The notes beneath the pieces were generated by a model, which had not been told where the DNA came from, searched no databases, and saw nothing but the letters and a program-made list of their open reading frames with translations. The position numbers and the translations under genes are program-made. Of a stretch of 64,000 bases of DNA, positions 1 through 11,370 are shown one piece after another. Position 1 is the stretch's first letter. Each line of letters starts with the position of its first letter. Origin of the DNA: Eledone cirrhosa (lineage: Eukaryota); assembly GCA_964016885.1 (NCBI GenBank), contig OZ024750.1:8246001-8310000 (forward strand), read 5' to 3'.

Positions 1-245
1 TATATGTGCGTGCTACTGTACGTCTGTATACATATATGTATGTACGTATACATGCATACTTACATCTAAGTAAGTGCCATCCTAAGAGTGAGAAATGAAA
101 TTTCGTTTTCATTTTGTTTCAATTTATCATTTTCGGTATGCCTGACCGATTTAACTCACTCAATATGCAAATTAGGCTGCTCAGCCGTTAATTTTCATAA
201 GGAAAGTATATACTTTCGAACGTTCAACTATCTGGCAGATGGGTA

Positions 246-290
246 AACGGTGCTGATGATAGCTAACAAGCTTGAAACTAGTACATCGTT
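246..290 (+). ncRNA. Type I hammerhead ribozyme (minimal stem III), copy 1 of 466-bp unit
   Basis: aacggtg-CTGATGA-t-agc-taacaa-gct-t-GAA-actagt-A/catcgtt: stem I aacggtg/catcgtt, core CUGAUGA 253-259 and GAAA 274-277, palindromic stem III ACUAGU, predicted cleavage after GUA at 283. Confidence 0.88.
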
Positions 291-711
291 CCTGTGTCAG
301 TGTTGAACAAAAAGGTGACGTGGTTGCCTTAACACCGTATGGCATAAATTCAGGCTGTTCAGTTTGTTTACAAACGAACAAAGCGACGTTAGCGCCGCTA
401 AACTGATACGTGCATATATGTATGTGTACCTGTATGCATATGTATATATATATGTATATATATATATATATGTGCGTGCTACTGTACGTCTGTATACATA
501 TATGTATGTACGTATACATGCATACTTACATCTAAGTAAGTGCCATCCTAAGAGTGAGAAATGAAATTTCGTTTTCATTTTGTTTCAATTTATCATTTTC
601 GGTATGCCTGACCGATTTAACTCACTCAATATGCAAATTAGGCTGCTCAGCCGTTAATTTTCATAAGGAAAGTATATACTTTCGAACGTTCAACTATCTG
701 GCAGATGGGTA

Positions 712-756
712 AACGGTGCTGATGATAGCTAACAAGCTTGAAACTAGTACATCGTT
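712..756 (+). ncRNA. Type I hammerhead ribozyme, copy 2 of 466-bp unit
   Basis: Identical to 246-290 shifted by 466; predicted cleavage after 749. Confidence 0.88.
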
Positions 757-1001
757 CCTGTGTCAGTGTTGAACAAAAAGGTGACGTGGTTGCCTTAACA
801 CCGTATGGCATAAATTCAGGCTGTTCAGTTTGTTTACAAACGAACAAAGCGACGTTAGCGCCGCTAAACTGATACGTGCATATATGTATGTGTACCTGTA
901 TGCATATGTATATATATATGTATATATATATATATATGTGCGTGCTACTGTACGTCTGTATACATATATGTATGTACGTATACATGCATACTTATATATA
1001 T

Positions 1002-1090
<89 letters not shown>

Positions 1091-1093
<3 letters not shown>

Positions 1094-1287
1094 CGAAGGA
1101 AATGTGGTAAGGAACCAGGTGGACCATAACGCATCAAAGTACTCAATACTTAGGGTAGTAGAGTGGGTAATAGGAACGAGTAGGACCCCGACGGCTGAGC
1201 TCAAGCCGTTTCGACGGCTAATTCTGGACCAAGTCCAGAATTAGCCGTCGAAACGAGCTCAGCCGTCGGGGTCCTACTCGTTCCTAT
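1091..1287. mobile_element. Fold-back (palindromic) Penelope-like non-autonomous element in (TA)n, family P1
   Basis: Starts taacgaaggaaatgtggtaaggaaccaggtggacc; inverted arms 1170-1229 and 1233-1287; contains HHR 3' half (gtcGAAACGGCT..AGCCGTC on minus); related copies at 41918 and 53224. Confidence 0.7.
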
Positions 1288-1599
1288 ATATATATATATA
1301 TATATGTGTGTATATATATATATCAGTGCGGTCAAATTGAATGTGTAAGTGGTGAGTTAACGTGTAAGTGGTTGAGTATCTGAGTAACCATATATACGTG
1401 TACCTACAATGTAATTCCTTAGCTGAATCAGTGCAACACAATACGTTGTAAGACTGGATCTTTGCGTGACAGGTCGAATCCTTCCGAGTAGCTGTCACAT
1501 AGTTTTCGCCTCTCCAATTTCATTGTGTGACTTTAGCGATCTCCATTTCAAGTCAAATTTGAGGATTCCTTCTTCCTTCCATCCCTATCTCAAAACCCG

Positions 1600-1697
1600 C
1601 ACCACCACCACCACCACCACTTCTTCTTCTTCTTCTTCTCTTCTTTTCTTCTTCTCTTCTTTTCTTCTTTTCTTCTATTCTTCTTCTTCTTCTTCCT
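1600..1697. repeat. (CAC)n/(CTT)n microsatellite
   Basis: Direct reading. Confidence 0.9.
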
Positions 1698-2068
1698 GGA
1701 ACCTTGAAAAGGATTATGGCTTCTGTTCTTTCCTCGTGACTAAGTGTTAAAAGATGTTTTGTATTTATTAGGTTATCTCTGATCAAGTACGTTTATGGTC
1801 GGTAGATCTATAGCCATGTCTCTCCTGACTTTATCTCAAGCGTTAGTGCACGTGTCCAGTCTTTTGTTGTTGTTTTTTCCAATAGAAAGATGTAATTAGA
1901 GCAACAACTATTTCCCTTTCGTAGCAGGTCAAGAGTTTGTGTTGACGGTGGCTTTATTATTTTATTTTACGATCTATATTTTGTCTTTTGTGTGAGTTAG
2001 AAAGTAATAATAATGTTTTCTATGTGAGTTAAAAAGCCATAAAATAGTGCATCATGGTTGAACGGTGC

Positions 2069-2756
<688 letters not shown>

Positions 2757-3126
2757 AGAGAGTGAAATGAAGGAGTAGTATAGTAGAATATGTGGTTTAT
2801 TGAATGAGAAGATAGATGATTCTAGATAAATGGTGTATAGCGATATGGCAAGTGTTTGTCGACAGGAAGAAAGAAGCGTCGCATGGTGTACTAAAGGAAG
2901 ATAATTATATTGTTGTTGAACGCTGTGTCAGACGCCATTTCCTATAGTAATTGAAAAAACGTGTAGTTAATACCTTTTTTTCCATTTCGCTCGGTAAGTC
3001 AGGAGGAAGGGACAGTGCCCATGGCCTTTCTTCGCACGCTCTTCGAAGGTCGATGAAGCTGATGTTCTATTTAGATTGCTGCAGTTCGACTTCTTTTGAA
3101 AAAGACATGAACAAGGAAGGGGTTTT

Positions 3127-3530
3127 AGATGGCTGAGGGTCTAGCGCGATAGAAAGGACTGGAGTGGATGAGAGGATTGAATATAACATGGGTGATGTGA
3201 GATGAGGAGGGGAGACGAGTGAGACGGAAATTCTTGAAAGGTGGTTGCAAGAGTTCAACAAGCTCAAATATGTAGATACGCAAGGAAGAAGATTTAGATG
3301 GCTGAGGTTCTAGAGCGATAGAAAGGACTGGGGTTAAATCTTAGTGCAATATAACATGGGTGATGTGAGATGAGGGGAGACGAATGAGTAGGAAATGCTT
3401 GAAAGGTGGTTGAAGAAGATTTAGATGGCTGAGGTTCTAGACAGACAGAAAGCGACCGGAGTTAAGGTTTAATGCAAAACATAAGAGGACTGAAATATAA
3501 CATGGGTAATGTGAGATGGGGAGGGGATGA
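3127..3530. repeat. Diverged three-copy tandem repeat (~130-170 bp units)
   Basis: tagatggctgagg.tctag..cgatagaaaggactgg and atataacatgggtgatgtgagatg recur near 3127, 3295 and 3422. Confidence 0.75.
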
Positions 3531-3649
3531 GTGAGCTGGTTTAAGATCTCTCATGGTAGATAAAATAGCATGTCACCTATCAGGATGACATCAATAAATT
3601 ACATAGTGGTGGATGGAATATAAACAATTTCTGCAAGAAAATACTAGTT

Positions 3650-3764
<115 letters not shown>

Positions 3765-4314
3765 CGTGCGCGCGTATGTGGGTATGCGTGCGTGTGTGTC
3801 CGTGTACGTGTGTTTGTGTACGTTTGACGTTTATTTCTTCAGGTATAATTAATGAATCAACAAAATGTTTGCAAAAACAGCTATTTGACCTCTAAACCTA
3901 TTTTGCTTTACAGAATAAAACATTTAGCGTTTTATTTTTTTTCACTTTCTAGAGCTAAAAATTATCTCAGTCTTTCTTGCGGTGAAAAGTATTTGACAGA
4001 CGTGAACTGGACACCTAGTGTATTATTACATCTAAAAAAAATTCGATAAAGTACAATTGTTTTTACGTTTCTAACGATTCTAGCAATCTGAAAAAAAAAA
4101 AAAAATTCAAGTTAAATTTGATATTTTGCTGTCGTATAGAGATGCATATACATTAGCTATGTTTGGTTTTCGTCTCAGACATAGTTATGTTTTCAAAACA
4201 AACCACGAAATTCTGTAGATAACACTTAGCTGATGTATCCTCCTTAGTTTTCGACGATGAATCTTTTTAACTCAACTGAATTCTGACTCGAGAATTAACA
4301 TGTACGTGCTAGAG

Positions 4315-4498
4315 CATGCATGTCAAGCATGCGGCCCTTTAGAAACACACCTGCGGCCCGCGCAAAGGTTTTTACAGCGCGAGCGTAATATAAAATAAAA
4401 AAATATTAGTTGAAATATACATTAGTTGTCATGTGTGGCCCTCAGACAACACATATGTCACCCATGTGGCCCTCGGGACCCTCAGTTTGACATGCCTG
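4315..4498. mobile_element. hAT-superfamily MITE (184 bp)
   Basis: TIRs catgcatgtcaagc / gtttgacatgcctg; perfect 8-bp TSD tgctagag at 4307-4314 and 4499-4506; internal subterminal gcggccc/gtggccc motifs. Confidence 0.9.
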
Positions 4499-5178
4499 TG
4501 CTAGAGTGTTTTACTGACACCTGTACCCTTAACAGAATTTAGAAGCCAAATCAACGAAGTACCTTATGTGACCACTTTGGGTCTTTGAATTACAGGTACA
4601 ATCGACCTGACGGGATTAAATGGTCCGAGTAGACAGAACTGTAATTGTGCTACTCTGGCCGATAGCGAGGAACGTTCGTTAAAAAGCCAGGCTTTATTAA
4701 ATACCTACTTACAACGTCGACCAAAAACCTATTACACTATCGAAGTAACTATCACAGACCTAACCAGTTACCTGGGTAATAAATTCCTTTGAACAGCCTG
4801 AAGATAACTGGAGATTAGACCGACCGAATCATCATGTTAAGATGTAAAAACATGCAAGGTGATCTTTAGAGTTCGAACATTTAAAGAATTATCATAATAA
4901 TTTTTTCGATTGATCCGAAGCTTTATTTCTTAATAAAATAATCCTATTTGCTTGGCATCTGAATAATGCAAGTCTGCAGAGTTAATTTACTAACGAACGG
5001 AATCCTTTGGTCTATGTGTTTTGATGTTACAGTCAAATTCTATAATTTGACTATCCTTTCCATATTACACAAATGTTGCCAATTGTTATATCGCCATTCT
5101 TAAAACTAGTGGATTCTATGAATCAACTATGGAACCTCTCCAAGATTATTTGACCAGCTAGAAATAGCAGTAAAAAAT

Positions 5179-5370
5179 TTGTCGATCGACTTTCGTCAAA
5201 CTGGACCGAGGAAACAATGCTAATACTATCTATCGGTCGCAACTCCAGGTAGGAGCAACGTGAAATAAAATGTCTTGCTGAAGAACATAACGCGTGGCCC
5301 GGACCAGGATCGAACTGACAAGCTCACGATTGCGAACCCAGTTCTCTAACCAATCAGCCACACGCCTTCA
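5179..5370 (-). mobile_element. tRNA-derived CORE-type SINE (family B)
   Basis: Minus strand has box A (tggctgattggttag) and box B (gttcgatcc), then CORE-like gttcttcagcaagacattttatttcac; second copy at 28885-29103. Confidence 0.75.
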
Positions 5371-5623
5371 CTAGCAGTAAAACCCTTAAATGTTACCCGA
5401 TCCCCTAAAAGAAGCAACGCTTTCAGTAATGAAGTCCAAGATACAATATCTAGAAAACTAAACAAGGTGGTCACAGCTTGATCGAAAGTCTGCTTGTTTA
5501 ATGATAACTTTGGGTTAAGGAACAACAACAGCGACTTTAAATTTCCTGGATATATATACTAAGAAATAAATTTACTAGGAAGAAATTTATACTCAGCATC
5601 AACTGCATTAATTCCATTTTGTT

Positions 5624-5813
5624 GGCAGTGGATTGGCAGTATTGGTAGAGGGTCAGACGCCATGCTTTGCAACAAAGAGTTACGGCCCTTTATGGTCTGA
5701 GTTCAAATCCCGCCGAGGTTAACTTTGCCTTTCATCTTTACAGGGTCGATAAAATAAAGTGCCAGTAATGTACTGCGTAATGTACTGCTGGCCTTGTGCC
5801 AAAAGTAGAAACA
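5624..5813 (+). mobile_element. tRNA-derived SINE (family A), full length
   Basis: Box A tggcagtattggtagag, box B gagttcaaatccc, body ttgcctttcatc..gggtcgataaaataaagt; 17-bp TSD attaattccattttgtt. Confidence 0.92.
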
Positions 5814-6900
5814 ATTAATTCCATTTTGTTATCTTGATGTCTCATTATATATGGAGTTAATTTGGACAGCACAAATAACTGTTTTTACTAAATAATAAAT
5901 AAATACAAAATATAATGAGGTTAATGTTAGGGAAAGCTGACGATGGAAAGCAAATGGGATTAATGGGAAGACTAAAACAATAGAGAGCCGTTTGTAAAAC
6001 ATCACAGTTTTATTTCCTTTTTACAGATTTTTAGTTTAAATTTCTCGGTAAGTGCGTTTTACCTGAGCCACAAATCAACCCAAAACGTATGAGTGAAATT
6101 GGGTAGAGGGAAGGACGTCGAGTTGAGCGTACCTGTAATTCAAGTGGTCAACCTTGTCACACACTGTTATGCTGAATCTCCTTGGGAATTATGCTAATGG
6201 TGCACGTGTCTGTAAAATATTCAGCTGCTAACACGTTTTTTTTCTTCAAAGAGTAGGTCACCATTCCGTTGATCGAGTAAAAAGAATAGATATAGTCACA
6301 ACCGACGGAGAACCATTTATGTTTAACCTTAGTATCGATGCATACACAAGTGAATCAAACTAAACAGCATGTTGGGCCTATTTGCAAGCTAGTCTCACCG
6401 AATTCATTTGTAGAGAGATGCAAATGCTTTGCTTACTCTGGAGATTCCAGGGCTATGGAGAGCTATTTATATGAGATAAAATCATCCCTCTCCATATCTG
6501 CAAAACGTTGTGTGTCAGAGCGTGTGTTTGTGTGGTAAAAGTGGTTTATTGAACAAACCCAATAGCGCGTGTCTTGGAATTCCAAGGTATTACTTTGATC
6601 TTTCATGGCACATGAAATATGAAATGGGAGTGCAATGTGGAAGGAGAGTGAAAATAAATACGTACAACCAAATCACAATTACATTTGCTGATCGGTGGAC
6701 TGTTGAAGGAGAGGAAGAAGCGATTATTATATACTGGTATAAAAGTGTACTCATGGGAATTATTGCAGCAACTTCGTTTCGTTTGTTTTTTGTTGTTATT
6801 TTTCTGAAATTATTCGCCAGTCCAATGGGATTGCGTTACATGCGACATTAAATCAAATATCGGAATCAATGATTTAATCATAAACATAATATTGATAAGA

Positions 6901-6969
6901 CTCTCTCTCTCTCTCTCTCTATCTCTCTATATCTATCTCTCTCTCTCTCTCTATCTCTATCTCTCTATA

Positions 6970-7040
<71 letters not shown>
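6901..7040. repeat. (CT)n-(TA)n microsatellite
   Basis: Direct reading. Confidence 0.95.
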
Positions 7041-7042
<2 letters not shown>

Positions 7043-7300
7043 TTTTATCGAGAATCTAATTGTAATACGTGACGTATTCTATTCTATAGCGATTAGGTCT
7101 TCAAAATGTTTATTATAAACATACAGAATATTTTCGAATATTCTATGTCTATATTCACATATATATCGCTATTTCAGAGCATTTATTCCAATTTCTAATT
7201 TCTGCCGGACCGGCAACCGCTCTTTCAAACCAGTTCCTGTACACAGCTAAGTATTCTATAAGTCTCTAGCTGTGTCATTCTCGATAAAAGCACTGGATAT

Positions 7301-7343
7301 GTAGTCCTGATGATTTCTAACAAGAATGAAACGCGTAGATTAC
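7301..7343 (+). ncRNA. Type I hammerhead ribozyme, copy 1 of 310-bp unit
   Basis: gtagtc-CTGATGA-t-ttc-taacaa-gaa-t-GAA-acgcgt-A/gattac; stem I extends via gga/tcc and attctcgataaaagca/tgcttttatcgagaat (7277-7365); predicted cleavage after 7337. Confidence 0.9.
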
Positions 7344-7610
7344 TTCCCTTGCTTTTATCGAGAATCTAATTGTAATACGTGACGTATTCTATTCTATAGC
7401 GATTAGGTCTTCAAAATGTTTATTATAAACATACAGAATATTTTCGAATATTCTATGTCTATATTCACATATATATCGCTATTTCAGAGCATTTATTCCA
7501 ATTTCTAATTTCTGCCGGACCGGCAACCGCTCTTTCAAACCAGTTCCTGTACACAGCTAAGTATTCTATAAGTCTCTAGCTGTGTCATTCTCGATAAAAG
7601 CACTGGATAT

Positions 7611-7653
7611 GTAGTCCTGATGATTTCTAACAAGAATGAAACGCGTAGATTAC
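7611..7653 (+). ncRNA. Type I hammerhead ribozyme, copy 2 of 310-bp unit
   Basis: Identical to 7301-7343 shifted by 310; predicted cleavage after 7647. Confidence 0.9.
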
Positions 7654-7775
7654 TTCCCTTGCTTTTATCGAGAATCTAATTGTAATACGTGACGTATTCT
7701 ATTCTATAGCGATTAGGTCTTCAAAATGTTTATTATAAACATACAGAATATTTTCGAATATTCTATGTCTATATT

Positions 7776-7819
<44 letters not shown>

Positions 7820-7917
7820 GTGTGTGTGTATTTATATGATTATATATACACACACACATATATATATACAAATCCGTTGTTTTTATATATATATAATTAT
7901 ATGAATATATCTATGTA

Positions 7918-7970
<53 letters not shown>

Positions 7971-7995
7971 AGAGAGAGAGAGAGAGAGAGAGAGA

Positions 7996-8290
7996 ATCTG
8001 TGGAACTAAGACCGGAGAGACCATTAATCATAGGAGTACTCGATGCATGGGGAGATACAGAGTGGTTATAGAAATAGGTATAATCCCGATCGCAGTTCCA
8101 AGCGGTACACAAGCCGAAACCGCTTGGCAAAGCGGTCACGCGTCAGGATTTGACATCTTATATATATATAGGGGAGTACTTTCGCCGAAAAGAAGTGACA
8201 TAGTCACTACTTTAAAACTGATAGCGTATGGTCTTCTAAATGTTTTTAATTAAACATACAGTATATTGCCAAATATACTATACATACATT
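7996..8290. mobile_element. Penelope-like remnant with truncated hammerhead (3' half only)
   Basis: gccGAA-ACCGCTT-ggca-AAGCGGT-C at 8113-8137; left part resembles family P1 (agtactcgatgc); right part (8221-8290) resembles the 310-bp unit (atagcg..ggtcttc.aaatgttt..taaacatacag). Confidence 0.55.
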
Positions 8291-8345
8291 CATATATATA
8301 TAGAGAGAGAAATCACATGAATCAAAGTTCTGTTCAAACCATTTA

Positions 8346-8395
8346 TTAGCTTACAATTGTTTCGTCCAAACCGAGGTTTGGAGTCTTCGGAGCAA
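8346..8395 (-). ncRNA. Hammerhead ribozyme variant (CCGAAGA core)
   Basis: Minus strand: ttgct-CCGAAGA-c-tccaaac-ctcg-gtttgga-c-GAA-acaattgt-A/agctaa, followed by aataaa; 7-bp stem II, palindromic stem III. Confidence 0.7.
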
Positions 8396-9227
8396 TTTTT
8401 CCATGATTGTTTACATACATGACCTCCTTTCCAACACAAGAGACATACAGAAACATATGTATATATCGATATAACATATGTATATATCTATATAACTGCT
8501 CTGTAGAACAACTGATATTACATTGAGCTATTTATCTTACTGGTAATAAGGTAGTAATAAATTACTGTCTTTCACTGTTTAGGGTTTAAAATATATATAA
8601 CTATAAAAGTTTTAGTATATACATAACCATAAATAGTATCCTTAATACTATATATATATATATAATGTGTGTGTCGGATGATCCTGCGAGTGTGCAGGTG
8701 AAACTCCATAGCAACAAGACTCACTGTTGATGTGTGTGTGGGGGGGGGGGTGCAACGGAATACTTAACAGACATTTTAACTCTGTTAAAGAAACAACCTT
8801 CGACTTTTATATTTGTGTTCTATGAATTCTAAATAAAAATTTTATAACACTTTTGACAGCTCATTGCAAATGTGTCGCAGACGGATTTAAAGGCTGTCAG
8901 TTATTCTCATAAACATTAAGATTGTATAACAATACACCTGAAGCTAGCCACAACATGCGGTAATGCCCGTCGTGGAATGGTTCTTAATTAAGCTGTCGAA
9001 TTTTTAATACCTCAGAGAATCCCAGGTTTTCCCATGTTGCCAATCCTTTAAAGAGTTACATCAGATTTTAATTAGAGTTTCAGGAATTTCTAGCTGATTA
9101 ATTAATTCAGAAATCCTGTAAAAAATCACATTTGAAATATTTAAAATAACTCATAATTATTTCTACTATAAGCTCAAGGCCAGCATTTTTTTGTTGGGGG
9201 GGGGGATCAATTAAAATGGCCACAGTG

Positions 9228-9398
9228 CATAGAGTTGCGGTTCTTTACTTTCTGAGTTCAAATCCCACTGAGGTTAGCTTTGCCTTTCATCCTTACGGGG
9301 TTGATAAAATAAAGTACCAGTAACATACTGGGATCGATTTAATCGAATTTTCCCCTCCCAAAAAATTGCTTGCCTCGTACCTAAATTAGAAACAATTA
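9228..9398 (+). mobile_element. SINE family A, 5'-truncated (long variant)
   Basis: ctgagttcaaatccc..tttgcctttcatccttacggggttgataaaataaagtaccag..tagaaacaatta. Confidence 0.85.
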
Positions 9399-11040
9399 TT
9401 TTAATCATTTTGGCAAGTATGGCAGATAACAAATTCTTGCCATGTAGGACTTCGCCCTACATGCAAAATAATGATAAGAAAATCTCTAAGTAGGATTACA
9501 GTATTGCACACTAGATCTTGTTTAAGCAAGATTCCTTACATTAAAAAGCTCTTTACATAATTAGTATAATTTTGTCAGGGATTATATAACAAGGTATTTT
9601 ATCCTGAAATGAAATATTATCCTATCCATGTTTACGGTTAACTTCATTGCCAATCTACATTGAAACCTTAATTTCTGCGAAAGATGCTATATTCCTATTA
9701 ATTATAGTTCTTTATATTGTGTTCTCTTGCTAGATCCATTATTGGTTTTGATAATCTAAATAAATTAAACCTATTCAAAAAAATTCTAAGTTGATATCGT
9801 TTATTCAAACACATTAATGCATCTTGATGGGGTGACTTGGCAAAAATTACAAAAAAAAACGAAACGAAACCAACATATTTATATTTATTTTAATCTAGTT
9901 AACAGAATCGCAATTTACTAAGTCGACGTAGCTTTGGATACTGGTAGGAAGGCCAGCATTCTGTTACTACTTCCGTAATATATCCATGATGCGGACGCAG
10001 ACATGTTTGAATGGTTTAGAAATACGCTCCACAATACTGAGGTCCCGGGTTCTATCCTATTACGTAGCATTTTGAGTAAATGCCTTTACCATATAGTAGT
10101 CATTATCTAGATCAGGGATTTCCAATCTCTTTCATTAGATGTATTTGTCTAATAATTTAGGAGAGTGGAGAATAGAAAGCCTGGCATTCATACCTTTCCC
10201 CCAACGTATAAACCGTGTAAGTGGTATGGATAGCTTCAATGAGAAATCATAATAGCATTATAGTCTCTGCTCATAGAAAACTTTGCAAATGTCAGAACAT
10301 TGGTTTGCCGTCGGGGATGAGAATACCGAGGAGTAAAGTCCTTCGTCAGAGAAAGCAAATGCGTGTTTAATGTTTATGAGAGCACTGAGAATATACGTTT
10401 GGAGAATGTATGTGAAAAGAAGGTAAGAGTGAATTATAAAAGATATATAGAGTAACCAGTTGAAAAGAGTATTAATGTGAGTTCAGTGATCACAGTGCTG
10501 AAGCAAAGTATATGAGAAATGTGTGGGGAGAGTGGAACTGTAATGAGTTAAACAGAGACGAAAACAATAACAGAAATTTACCTTCTGCTCTAACGCGCAC
10601 TAGAAAATATTGAGTGAGAATGGTTGTGTTATTAACATATTTGAAAATCTTTGATTATACAATGAAATAGCTGTCAGTCTCATCAAATAAATTTATCGAG
10701 ACATTTTATTGTATAATATTTGATAGACACCTCAAATATTTTTTATACATATTGAGTTTTCAGTAAAGTCAGTGTCGTAGTCAGAAAGTTAGAAATTTTC
10801 ACGTACTTCATATATTTAAATATTTACTCATTCTGTAATAAAGACATCATGTTTCAACATGTGACTAAATCTAACTGAAGAGAGAAACTGTTAATAGAAT
10901 CGACATTGAGTTTAGACTTCTCGGCGTTGGATAGATGAAAGAAGTAGTCAAGCCAAATGGGATTTGAACTGAAACGATCTCTCTCTCTCTCTCTCCCTCT
11001 CCCTCCCTCTCTCTCTCACTCCCTCTCTCTCTCCCCCCTC

Positions 11041-11168
11041 TGCGTGACTGGTACTTTATTTTATCGACCTAGTAAGGATGAAAGGCAAAGTTGACCGTAA
11101 ATGGCCGTAACTCTATGCTGCAAAGCATGGCGTCCGACTCTCTACCGATACTGCCAACCCACCGCCAC
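11041..11168 (-). mobile_element. SINE family A with internal deletion
   Basis: actggtactttattttatcgacc..aaggatgaaaggcaaag..ctctaccgatactgcca. Confidence 0.85.
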
Positions 11169-11189
11169 CTAGTCATTTTTAATATAGTC

Positions 11190-11370
11190 ACAAAACTAGA
11201 ACTGTAACGGGGAGGACGGGAAGTTAAACAATTAAATCAACTCTAGTACTTGGCTGATACTTTATTTTATCAGCCCCAGAAGAATAAAGGGCAAAGGTTA
11301 CGTTGGCGAGATTTGAACTTGGAACATAAAGAGCTGGAATAAATAACTCTGCTCTAAAGATTCTGCCAGT
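11190..11370 (-). mobile_element. Diverged SINE family A relative
   Basis: tactttattttatcagcccc..gggcaaagg..gatttgaact. Confidence 0.65.

Larger units (their letters stand above)
1..994 (+). repeat. Tandem repeat, 466-bp unit, ~2.1 copies visible (runs off the window start), one hammerhead ribozyme per unit; candidate retrozyme/Penelope pLTR array
   Basis: Sequence recurs at +466 (tgtgcgtgctactg at 5, 471, 937; identical spurious ORFs 181-519 and 647-985); ends in a (TA)n tract at ~995. Confidence 0.95.
7041..7783 (+). repeat. Tandem repeat, 310-bp unit, ~2.4 copies, one hammerhead ribozyme per unit, inserted in (TA)n; candidate retrozyme
   Basis: gcttttatcgagaatc at 7041, 7351, 7661; copies appear identical; (TA)n on both flanks. 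Confidence 0.95.

Noticed and set aside
5624-5720. tRNA-like box A/box B sequences (many copies)
   Set aside because: These are SINE heads; no complete cloverleaf.
8930-8985. Possible hammerhead (ctgaagc..gtcgtg); similar weak traces near 19545-19595, 20050-20095 and 60483-60530
   Set aside because: Core nucleotides too degenerate to support a call.
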